Shown here in pieces: positions 29,201 through 40,100 of a DNA stretch of 64,000 nt; position 1 is the stretch's first letter; each line of letters starts with the position of its first letter. The notes below the pieces were generated by a model. That model did not search any database. It was not told the DNA's origin and saw nothing but the letters and a program-made list of their open reading frames with translations. Both the position numbers and the translations under genes were made by a program. This DNA is from Bacteroidales bacterium (lineage in GTDB: Bacteria; Bacteroidota; Bacteroidia; Bacteroidales; UBA1715), in the NCBI GenBank assembly GCA_017552705.1, contig JAFZOY010000045.1, forward strand, positions 11,405-75,404, read 5' to 3'.

Positions 29201-30656
29201 TGGAACGCTTTCGAACATGACTTATACGGGCGAAGTTGATATTGCCGATGGCCGAATGACCGTTGACTATACCCGTGTGCCATACACGTTTGCGGGGAAA
29301 CTTATTGCGCGCAAGACACGATTGTTTTTTAAGGATTTCACTATTGCCGATGCGCAAAGGAATACTGGCACAATCCACGGGTTCCTCGATTTAAAGGAAT
29401 TGTCGAATCCTCACTATATATTTGATATTCAAACACCTAAGTTGCTTGTGATGAAAACTACGGCAACCGACAACGAATATTTTTATGGTACTATATATTA
29501 TAAAGGTACGGCAAAAATCGAGGGTGATTTGAACGAAACAGACATTTCGTGCCAGGGTTCCACGCTCGAAAATACCGTGTGCAGTATTCCTGTAAGTTAT
29601 TCAGAGTTATCGGGGGCATACGATTTCTTGTTTTTTTCGTCGGATTCCTCGGCATTGCCTACGTTCGAAAAACAAACCACATCCTCGGGCCTGACGCTGA
29701 ATATGGTCATCGACGTCACTTCCGATGCCCTTGCGCAGATAATATTCGACCCGAAAGTCGGCGATGTCATAAAAGCCCGTGGCGATGGCAATCTGCTTGT
29801 GAAAATGGATAAAGGTGGCGATCTGAAAATCTACGGGAAATACCAAATCGAGGAAGGAGATTATTTATTTACGCTTAAAAATCTGATTAATAAAAAGTTA
29901 CTTATTCAAAATGGTGGTACAATCGTGTGGAATGGAGACCCATTGAATGCCCAGGTTGATTTAATCGCCAACTATGAAACCAAGGCCTCGCCGCAACCAT
30001 TGTTCGATAGTTCTATGAACGTGTCGAAGCGTATTCCCGTTACTTGTCAGGTGAATTTGAAAAACAATCTGCTTTCTCCCGATATTTCATACAATATTAT
30101 TGTGCCGCAGTCGGCGACGCAGGTGGCCGAAGTGTTGGCTACATTGAGCGAGGACGAAACCATGCTCCAATTCTTCTCGCTAATGCTTCAGGGGGCATTT
30201 ATGGCGGTAAATTCCGAATCGGGAGTGGGTAGTTCTGTGTCGTTCGAGGTGTTGAGCAACCAGTTCAACAACCTATTGTCGCAAATCGATCCCAATATGG
30301 ATGTGAGTGTGAACTATCGTATGGGAACCGACAATGTAACTAACAATGAGTTTGAATTCGGAATTTCCCGTCAATTCTGGAACGACCGTATTCTGGTGAA
30401 TGTGAATGGCTACACCGACTTTGGCGAAGCAAATTCTACCGAGTCTCCCACCGAACAGAACCAATCAAACGAATTTTCGGGAAATGTGAGTGTGGAAATG
30501 AAACTCAACAAGCGGGGCACATTCAAAGTGAAAGGATTTTCTCGTAGCAACGACGATGAACTTTCCGAACGCAACGAAAACACCAACGGTATAGGATTCT
30601 TTTTCACCAAAGATTTCAATACCCTTCGCGATTTGTTCCGAAAAGAACAACAATAG
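26295..30656 (+). CDS. tamB: Translocation/assembly module TamB domain protein
   Basis: N-terminal membrane anchor, long beta-rich body, C-terminal WNGDPLNA and GIGFFFTKDF. Start placed at TTG 26295, downstream of TATATTTG (26263-26270); the exact start is uncertain. Confidence 0.85.
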   Translation: MTVLKRIAKILKWTALSVCGLLLLLFALINLTVVQEKIKSFVVQKVNDKLGMQVAVGRIYPLFWDGVVLQDVSLLDAQNDTVLLAKGIMARIRSLKLDSSFVAVEKISLEKPDIRLVVDSFGTMNIQPLIDVFQSDDTTSSFHLDVDEISIRDADFSYRNYTGNQKVDYGINYDNIAVSKLFLQAHSFCMDNGTCQLAIDKFSCNEQSGFQLQYLHTNAVVCDTMIRCTNVAIYTPETKLSANRAEMHYSSFSDFSDFCEKVRLSADFNRTTTSLSDISYFAAALKDLPYAFSFKGNLDGTISNLSAENFHIGYGRSSQFVGSVALQGLPDMDKFRFDVNAKKLEVNSYDIEHTRIPPFSTEQYVKLPNFLENLTNYKYIGSVRGGFSDMVADGALLTNAGKITTNVRLKEKNGYQCTGTVLFDDFNLAVFSSESLAMGKTTGNINVDALFNSESLVSADIQGDVDKLELNGYAYSNVDVDGKFSKKRFFGQISVDDQNLQLKFGGLFDMSKDVPEFRFKSRVASAKLDKLNLFADSLSDVAFSLSVDFQGTDLDEMSGDVSIRDLHYSNAKGAISTKNIALSVQNDDSKRKVNLHSAFVNATLDGDGRYEDLIQSVVAIFSKHFPNIAPPTTAFRNPSNFNLNVTMQQVDTLFALFQSDFRIAEGSTMTANYYGSDTSCKVSVYSPKLSFNGVQLYGNDVELICSNSNVYVDVKTAFDSLTRSGNEANILGFVKNGTLDFDANWNISQPAQTSGNVSCFGTMVSRGMNKLPKFELELRPTKFRVTDSLWNVAKSTIVIDSSSISVAGFSVYKDEKNVSLDGIMSHNPDDYLVLSVQNYDLRELNSWINNPNVRLGGLLQGRVRMKNLYATPLVFADVNCPEISFNNNELGTFRLRSFWENKTKALLMKMTIHNNDEPVIALDGKYRPSTDSVHFDVSLSEVRLDAFSEILQGTINDIAGVANADIDIDGTLSNMTYTGEVDIADGRMTVDYTRVPYTFAGKLIARKTRLFFKDFTIADAQRNTGTIHGFLDLKELSNPHYIFDIQTPKLLVMKTTATDNEYFYGTIYYKGTAKIEGDLNETDISCQGSTLENTVCSIPVSYSELSGAYDFLFFSSDSSALPTFEKQTTSSGLTLNMVIDVTSDALAQIIFDPKVGDVIKARGDGNLLVKMDKGGDLKIYGKYQIEEGDYLFTLKNLINKKLLIQNGGTIVWNGDPLNAQVDLIANYETKASPQPLFDSSMNVSKRIPVTCQVNLKNNLLSPDISYNIIVPQSATQVAEVLATLSEDETMLQFFSLMLQGAFMAVNSESGVGSSVSFEVLSNQFNNLLSQIDPNMDVSVNYRMGTDNVTNNEFEFGISRQFWNDRILVNVNGYTDFGEANSTESPTEQNQSNEFSGNVSVEMKLNKRGTFKVKGFSRSNDDELSERNENTNGIGFFFTKDFNTLRDLFRKEQQ

Positions 30657-30668
30657 ATGTTTTTTATT

Positions 30669-30862
30669 GTTCATTTCTTTTGGTGGCAAAAGAAATGAAC
30701 CAAAGAAAAGCCACCGACGGACCGTCTCGGCTAAAAATCAACTCGTTCCGCTAAAGGAGTTGAAGTGCCGCATTTTTGTTTAATATAATTTCACGTATTA
30801 AGGCACCAACTCCTTTCACGCTTCACTCCGTTGATTTTTTATACGCCTCGCCGCTCAGTCGG
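30669..30862. repeat. Structured intergenic element with nested inverted repeats (REP/MITE-like)
   Basis: 14-bp perfect hairpin at 30669-30700. Nested pairs: 30733-30742/30830-30839, 30753-30762/30807-30816 and 30765-30769/30802-30806. Confidence 0.65.
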
Positions 30863-30956
30863 AAAACCGCCCACGTACAATCTTCAAAAAGAACTAAAGT
30901 AATTATTTGTAGAATAATGCACAACAGGTATACATTATTATAATTGTGCATTAAAT

Positions 30957-31026
30957 CCATAACCCATAACCCATAACTCATAACCCATAATCATTCCGCA
31001 TTCCGCATTACTCATTCCGCATTGTG
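30957..31026. repeat. Heptamer tandem array: (CCATAAC)-type x5 then (CATTCCG)-type x5
   Basis: Ten consecutive in-phase 7-mers read directly from the sequence. Confidence 0.85.
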
Positions 31027-31170
31027 AATTTTTTTCATTCCCTGTTAGGGTATTTAAGTTTTCGTTTGTCTTTATTGTATCAAAGATTTTTCGGCAGTTG
31101 TAGCAATCGTTTGAAAAATTCTTTTTACTTTTGTAAACTTATTAAACTGTAAATATTAAATAGTATAATT

Positions 31171-34100
31171 ATGAAACAGACAGAGATTTCAAAGGCAAGG
31201 GGATGGTGGAAACACCTGCTGTTACTGTGTGTAACCCTCTTGGGAGTGGTTGGGTTCTCCACAGCGCAGAACTATCCGTTCCCGCAAAATTATCAGTATC
31301 CGTATGGAGAAATTTATACGGGTGGCAATGTTCAAAGTACGCTTCAGTCGTTGTACACTTCGTGGAAAAGTAATTACTATACCACAAGTGGTGACCTTGG
31401 ACGTGTGAAATTCATACAAGAAGGTGAAAGTGGTACAAACTCCGTTTCCGAAGGTATTGCGTATGGTATGCTTATCTTTGTGTATATGGATAACGCTACC
31501 AATAATACACAAGCTGATTTCGATCGTTTGTGGCGGTACTATAAAAAGTGGGAAAATAACAATGGCTTGATGCACTGGAAAGTTAAGGAATTCGGCACTA
31601 CGGTGGTTGACCCCAATGGTGCTACTGATGCCGACCTCGATGCTGCACAGGCATTGTTGATGGCTCACAAACAGTGGGGTAGCAATGGCTCTATCAATTA
31701 TTTGCAGGAGGCAAAAACATTGATAAATGCTATTTGGAACCACGAAGTCAACAGTGCACGCCACTTGAAACCTGGTGATATGTTCGATGACTACAAAAAC
31801 CCATGCTACTTTATTACCAATGCTATGCAATTGTTTGCATACGTTGAAGGTAAAGAAGGTTGGCAAACACACTCATGGTCAACAGTAATCAATAACTGTT
31901 ATAAGTTGATTCAAAAAACAAGAGGCTCGTCTGGTTTGGTTCCCGACTGGTGTTACGAAAATGGTGGACACCTTACGGGTTTGACAAATGGCAAGTTTGA
32001 ATCTATCTTTGGTTACGATGCTGTACGTGTGCCATGGCGTATGGCACATGCGTATGCATGGTATGGACATCAGGATGCCTACGAAATTGCCGCAAAAATT
32101 GTGGATTGGGCACAAACCAAATATTCTAACCCTGATGATATTGTAGATGGTTATCGTTTGGATGGTACTCCGGGTACAGGTCTTGGCGGTTCGCTTTCTA
32201 CTTGGGGAACTGGTAAGAATGCCTGCTTCAAGGGTGGCGTTTCTATGGCGTCAATGATTGACTCGAAATATAGCAACTATATGCAAAAGAGTTGGTCTGT
32301 TGGTTCTGCTGTCGATCAATATGGTAAATATTATACTCATACAACCCAGTTGTTGTTTATGTTGTGTATGACAGGTAACATGCCTAACTTCTGGGATATG
32401 TTGCCGGTTGTTGATGCTGCCGAAACCAATGCGGATGGTAATACAGTGTATGTTGATTTTTCTAAAGCTATTGCTTCAGGCGTTAAGGCTGCTGATTTTA
32501 CCGTGAAAACATACGCTGATGCAGATGACCAATCTGCTACTACAATCTCTGTTTCTTCAGTAACTGTTAACGGAAAACGCGTGTCGTTGAAATTGCCTTC
32601 CGAAATCTCTGAACCTATCATAACAGTTACATATAATGGTACTTCGGTGAAATCATCCGATGATGGCTCGCAAGCCGATAAGTTTGAAGATTTTCCTGTT
32701 ACCGATAAAATCACCAATATGGAACCGTATGTGATGGCTCGTTACACAAACACAATTGCTACGGTAGTCTATGTACAATGGTCGAAGGATATAAAAATTT
32801 CTGGCGCTTCGGCATCCGATTTTACTGTGTATGTTGACAATGTAAGTAAAGGTAGCCCTGAATCTATTGCAATTAGTGATAATGGCGATGACATTATTGA
32901 ATTGCAGTTTTCAACGGCTCTTGTTAATGCAGCTTCTGCCGACATCACTGTGTCGTATGCGGGTGGAACTATCACCTCGAAAACTGGTACCAAGGCGGCT
33001 AAGGCATTTACCAAATCAGCTGTACAGAACTACTATTTGACGGTAACTTGTTTTAACTTATTAAATGCAGCTACTGAAACAAATATAGGTTTCGCAGGTG
33101 GTTGGGAAGGTGCTGGCTCGTTTGTGAGAGAAACATTCCAAGGTACACCTGTTTATACTTGGTCAAATAAAAGCACTAAATATGCTAATTTACAGACATA
33201 TTCGTCAGAAGGAGATCAGCGTATGTCTTCGTCTGATTTGGCTGATTTCCAAGAATATACTTCAAAATCAGGTCTTCGGTTAAAAGGAAGAATATATTTG
33301 AAAGAGAATGCAGGTGGTGACATTATGGTTCAGTTAAACGATATGTCAGATTACAATGCTTCTTTTGCATCTATTCCTCTTGGTTTGACTGTTGGCGAAT
33401 GGACGGAATTTGATATTAACATGGCTGATGTCGTTGAAAATTACCAAACATATAATCCAAGTTTTACATATACTGGGGCTAAAATACGACCTGTAAGTGA
33501 TGGCGATAATGGCTCAACAAAAAATTACACGATGTATATAGATTATCTGCAATTGTGTCCTCCGAATCCATCGGTTGATATGCTTGGCGGTAAGGTGTCG
33601 TACGATGGCAAGCAGGTGGAATTGCGTTTCTCTATTGGTATGAGGGTTCCTGATAAATCATCATACTCTGCCATAACAATTACAGATGGTAGTATGGATT
33701 ATACCATAGAATCTATTGAAACCAAAGTAGGTGATGCTTCCACATTGATATTGAATATGACAGATCCTATATATGCCCAAACAGTAACGGCATCATATTC
33801 TCAAGGTTACGGAGCATTAATTTCGGTTGATGGTCGTGAAGCAGAGTCATTCTATAAAGAATTGGCTAACTTGGTTGGTATGACAAGTACAACTGGTTGG
33901 TACGACGATTTCGATGATGCTGATGATTATATCACGTTGGAAGTTGGTGGTGATGGTAAGATTGTTACAGGTGTTTCTGAAAAAGCTAATCAAAGCATTT
34001 TAGCTGTTACCCAAAAAGCAACAACGTCATGGGCTGGTGCGTTAACTATTTCTCCATCAAGTTATGTGATTGATATGACCAACGGTCGTGGTAAGGTGTC

Positions 34101-37100
34101 GTTCAAGGTTGCTACCGCAAGCGGTACCATGAATGGATATTATCGCGTTGGCTTGAAGGATTATTTCGGAAATGAAACTCATAATGGTGGTTGGCTGCCA
34201 ATTACCATTACCACTTCTGGTGTAGAAAAGGAAGTTACTGGTTTTAACTTTGAACAAATTGATGGTTCTGCCGTAAACACTGTATTGTTCTTGTTTGTAA
34301 CCGATGATAATGCAGATGGTGATTGGACACCTGAATTCTATGGTGGTACTTTGAATTTCGACTACATTTCGGTAGGTAAGGCGTTGACATTGAAAGTTCC
34401 TACTGCTATAACGAAGGAAGATCAGGGTATTGACGAAGATGGTAAATTCAATGCAACAAGTTCTGCTGATGGTTATATCTATGTGGTTCCTTGGGAGACT
34501 GCTCCTCAATTCTCTGAATTGGAGGCTACGGTTGCCAATAAGAAAGGTGTAAAAGTTGCTTGTACTGAAAATACTTCGGTTCAAGTTGACCTAAAAGGTA
34601 TTGGCTACGGCTTCTTCTATGCATACGCTTACGACCCAATCTCTGGTGCGTTGTCAACTAAGAAAGAAGTTCATATCAACGATGTGACTCCTCCAGAAAT
34701 TACTGAATGTACCGATGGCAATGTAACGGAAGACGGTTCTGTTTCGGTAACAGTGAGCGAAGATGCAACCGCATATATTGTAAAATATTCGGAATCTATA
34801 TCTTCATACGACGATATTCTTAATGTAACCTATTATACAATAGGTGGATGTAAAGGTGGAGAGGCTTCAACTGTCGATGTTGCTGATTTGAGTATGTTTA
34901 CGGTTGGCGACAAATTGGTGTTCTATGCAGTGGATGGAAGCTACAACATTTCATCGAAATCTACTTGCAGCTTCACAATTAAACCTGAAGTGCTTAAGAT
35001 TTCAAAAGTATATACTACCGATGATTCTGAAATTATTTCATCGGCAACTTCTCAGGATATTGTAAGTGTACAAGGTAGCCGTTTATTTACCAAAGCATAT
35101 TTGGTTCTTGGTAATAAAGCTGTTGATTTGGAATCTATAGATGGTGTAGCTGATCTTTCTGCAACAACTGAAACATTCGTTGCTGAATTGGATTTGTCGA
35201 AAGTAAACATTCCTGACGAGGTGGCAGGACACATCTATATTACTGATGGCGAGGCTTTGGTTGGCCCATTCGATATCACTATTACAAAAGGTACAGTATT
35301 CTTGGAAGGTTTGGAAACTGAAGTGGATGCTGCAACTGTAAATGTAGGCGATGTCGTTTCTGTGAAGGTTCTTGAAAATCCAACTAATGCAACAAACAAA
35401 ACGTTAACAGTTGCTGAATCGGATTATGCAACATTCGCATATCGCTACGATGCCGATAAGTCTGAAAACTATATTGACATTACTGGTGTGGCAAGCACTG
35501 GCGGTGAGTCTATTGATGTGGTAATCACTGGTGTTGGCGAAGACGATGCTGAAATTTCTAAAACTATCACATTGAAAGTTGTTCAATTGCCAACCGAAGT
35601 TACGGTAGCTCCTCAAGAAGGCAAAACAGCATCAATGGTTGTTGGTGAAAAACAAACATTGATCGCAACAGTTCTTCCTCCTTCTACTGATAATAAAGCG
35701 GTGACTTGGTCAGTTTCTGCAATGGCAAAAGAATACATCGACATAGATGAGGAAACAGGTGAAATAACTGCTAAGAAAGAAATCGAAGAGGATGGAACTG
35801 TTGAGGTTGTTGCTACTTGTGTGGCCGATCCAACTATTACTAATTCTATTCAAATCAGCATCGGTGCCGTACAAGTTACCGAGGTTAAACCTGCAACGGA
35901 TGAAGTATCAATTGCATTGGGCGAAAATAAATCAATACTTGTTTCTGTATTGCCAGCTGAAGCTACTGATAAATCGTTGACGGTTAATAGTTCAGACGAG
36001 GATGTGGCTACTGCAAGTTATACTGATGGTACACTTACAATTACGAGTGTTGGAATTGGAACAACTGAAATAACTCTTACTGCTAAAAATGGTAAGGATG
36101 CTACTATAGCAGTAACAGTAACGTGTCCTACTCAAGCTCCAACAGCTGAAGATGTTGATCAGTTACAGAGTTTCTGTCAAGGTACAGTGAATTCACTTGT
36201 TACCAAAACAGACTTTACTGCTAAATGGTATGAAGTTGCTGAAGGTGGCGAAGCTCTTGCTGCTGCTCCTGCAACTACTGCGGAAACACCTGTTGGTACT
36301 ACTAATTATTATGTAGCAAAAGTAGCCGATGGTTGTGAAAGTGCTGGTCGTTTGCAAGTTGCAATGCGTGTTACTGAAAGACCAACGGCAGAAATTACTA
36401 ACGAAGAATTGGAATTCTGCGAAACACAGGCAGAAGTTGACTTGAAGGCATACATTTCAAATGGTGCTACTTGGACCGCAACTCTTAATGATGAAGATGT
36501 TACTGCTGAAGTAATTGATGGTAACACATTCAAACCATCTGTTAAGGGTGCTGGTAATTACACTATTACATTGAGCCTTGGTACTGAAGATTGTGGTGAC
36601 ACTGATGCTAAAGTATTCCAAGTAACAGCAGCACCTGAGGTAGCAATTACAGTTCCTGAATCAATCTGTGGTAACGATGAGTTAATCACTCTTGAAGCTT
36701 CGGTTGATGGTGGTGTATGGTCAGGTGACGGTGTTTCTGAAGGTAAATTCGATCCATCAAATGGTTCTTCTGCAATCACATACACCTATGTTTCTGGCGC
36801 TTGTGAAGTGAAGAAAACAGAAACATTCACTGTAACTCCAAACCCACAACCTACTATTGAAGGTTTGAAGACAACATTCTGTAAAAACGATGAAGCTCAG
36901 TTGTTCTCAAAATTACAGGTTTCTCCTGCTGATGGAGCGTTCACAATCGATGGCAATGATGCTGAAGGTATTACTCCGAGTGAATTAACCGCTGCTGCTC
37001 ACACTGTAGCATACACCGTTACTAAGAATGGTTGTACAGGATCGAAAGAAGTTACAGTAACAATCAACGACATTCCTGAAGTAGCATTCGCTGACCACAC

Positions 37101-40100
37101 TGAGAAAATGTGTGATAACGAAGCTGCTCAAATATTGTCGGCAACTCCTGAAAATGGAACATGGTCGGCTAATGCACCTGCCGGTGTATTCAATCCGGCA
37201 GGATACAATGGTGATGTTACAATTACATACACTGTAACTGATGAAAATAACTGTAAGAATTCTAGCGAAGCTCCTATCACAGTTACCAAAACTGTTGCTC
37301 CTACATTGGAAAAATCGGTGTATGGTATCGTAGTTGGTGCAGAAGTTCCTACTTTGTCGGCTGAAGGTACTGCTATTAAATGGTATGCTACCGAAGACGG
37401 TGACGGAACTGCTGGTAATACATTTGTTCCATCTATGGAAACTTCAGCAGAAACATCAGTTGATGTATATGTAACTAACACTGTTGATGGTTGCGAAAGC
37501 GATAAGGAAAAAGTAACAATCAAAGTTTCTGACTGTAAGACTGAGGCTGTAACAATTGCTGAGGTTGATGCAATTTGCTTCGGTCAGAATGTTCCTGAAT
37601 TGAGTGCAACTGGTGATGGTACAAGCGAAATCCGTTGGTACAATGCGAAAGGTGAAAGCCTCGGCACAGGTGACAAGTTCACTCCAAGTGCAGAAATTAT
37701 CAGCACTCCAGGTACATACAAGTTCTTCGCTGCACAATATTCTGAAGAAAATGCTTGTGAAGGTGTTCAATCGGCAGTATCGTTGGTTGTAAAAGCAACT
37801 CCTGCAGCTCCAACATTAACAGAAAATGCAAGCTGCGAAGGTGCTACTATCAACAACTTGCTTTCTTCTGATGCAGCATTCTGGTATTCTGAAGAAAATG
37901 CAGAGGCTGTTCTTACTGAAACTGCATCTACTCGTTATGTTCCAGAAGCTTTGGACGCAACTACAATATTCTATGCTCGTACAGAGTTGAATGGTTGCTA
38001 CTCTGACTTTGTAAGCGTTGTTTACACTATCAATCCTGCTCCTGCAGCTCCTGAAGTTGAAGCAACAGCTGCTTGCTACGGAAAGAATGATGATTATGTT
38101 GTGAAAGCAACTGCTGCCGATGGTTGTACATTACAATGGTACGATAACCACGACAATGCTCTTGGTAACGAGGCTACTCAAAAGGTAACGGGTGTTACTC
38201 AGCCAGACGTTTACACATATACAGTAAAACAACGTTCTGCACAAAACTGTGCGAGTGCTGCTGTTGAGGCTACGTTGACTGTCAATGAATTGCCAACTCC
38301 AAAAATCACACTTACTGAAACTGAATTCTGCTCAAGCTTCGGCGAAACAATCGCTCTTACAGCTGAGCCAGATCCTTCAACAGGTACAGGTGTGTTCAAG
38401 GTTAACGATGCAGTGGCAACTTCATTCATTCCAAGTAGCTACGCTAAGAATACAGTACTTACTGTGGCTTATGAATTTACTGATGCAAACGGTTGTACTG
38501 GAACTGCATCTGCTAAATCAGTTACAATTGTTGACTGTGACGATTCTCCTGTAACAGCAATGCAAATCATTCCTGCTACTGTTCTTTTGAAAACAAAAGG
38601 TCTGACTCAGAAAGTTACAGTTGATATCACTACAGAAAAAGCTGGTAAATACAACCAAGCTGTGACTTGGGCAACTTCTGATGCAAATGTTGCAACTGTA
38701 GTTGATGGTACAATCACTGCTGTTGGTGTTGGTGAAGCTACTATCACTGCTGCATCAAGCTACACTCCAGGTCAATCTGCTAGCTGCGTTGTAACAGTGG
38801 TATTCCCTGTAACAAGCGTTGCATTTACTGAAGAATCCATTACAATTGGTAGTGGTCAAGAAAAAGATTTGAGTTCTCTTGTAACATTTGAACCAGAAGA
38901 CGCTGTTGTAACCTATGCTTGGGTTGCTTCTGCTGGCTTGACTATCACTGAGGATGGAAAATTGACCGCTGAAGAAACAATGAATGATGCTACGGGTACT
39001 GTTATGGTAACAGTTAAGACTGCTGATGGTACTGAGAAATCGGCAACTATCCCTGTATCAATTGTTGCTCAAACTCAATTGGTAACAAGCATCACATTGA
39101 AGGAAGGTACTACAATGACATTGCAAGAAGGTGCAACATACACAATGGGTAAACCAACAGTATCTGAAGCTACTGATAAATCATTTACTTGGTCAATCGA
39201 AGGCGAAGGTGCTGAAATTACTTCTGAAGGTGTCGTAACTGTAACTGGTAAATCAGGCGATACATTCAAAGTTGTTGCTACGGCAAACGACGGTTCTGGT
39301 GTGAAAGGTGAGTGTGAAGTAACAATCAGCGATAAGATTGTTGCTATCGAATCTGTATCGTTCAGTGAAGATGCCGTTTATGAAATCTTCGCTTCTGAAC
39401 CATTTGACTTGAGCGAATTGATTATTATTGAACCAGAAGATGCAACTGTTGCATCTATTTCTTGGTCAGTTTCTGGTTCGTATGCTACAATCGACGAAAA
39501 TGGTGTTCTTACACCAAATGCTGATGTAATCAATGGTGGTGGTTTGTCTCGTAACATATCTGTGATGGCTACTGTGGCATCTACTGATGGAAAGACAACT
39601 ATTAAGAAATCACAATCAGTTAAGGTTAATCCAGACCCATTGTTTGTGACATCAATCACTATCCCTGAAACTATTAGCATTGAACAAGGTGATACATACA
39701 CATTTGCTGAAGCAAAAGTAATGCCTCTGAACGCTGACGATAAGACTTACACATGGAGCATTAAGACAGAAGGTGCTCCTGCTACAATCGACGAAGATGG
39801 TGTAATTACATTGTCAGAAAGTGCAGCTCCTGGAAACACATTCGTAGTTGTTGCAACTGCTAATGACTTCAAGGCTGTAGAATCTAACGAATGTTTGGTA
39901 ACAGTTGTTCAAAAAACTATCAAGCTTACACGTATAAACTTGACAGAAACTGAACTTAACCTTGAAGTTGATGGTAAACACGGAATGTTCTATGTAACGT
40001 TGTTACCTGAAGAAACAACTCAAACTAATGTGGAAGTTACTTCTTCATCTGAATCAATCGTATTGGTTGACAACAACGATGGCTCTTACGATGTAATTGG

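Noticed and set aside
30957-31026. Short repeat array as a CRISPR
   Set aside because: Contiguous 7-mers with no unique spacers, and no cas genes in the window.
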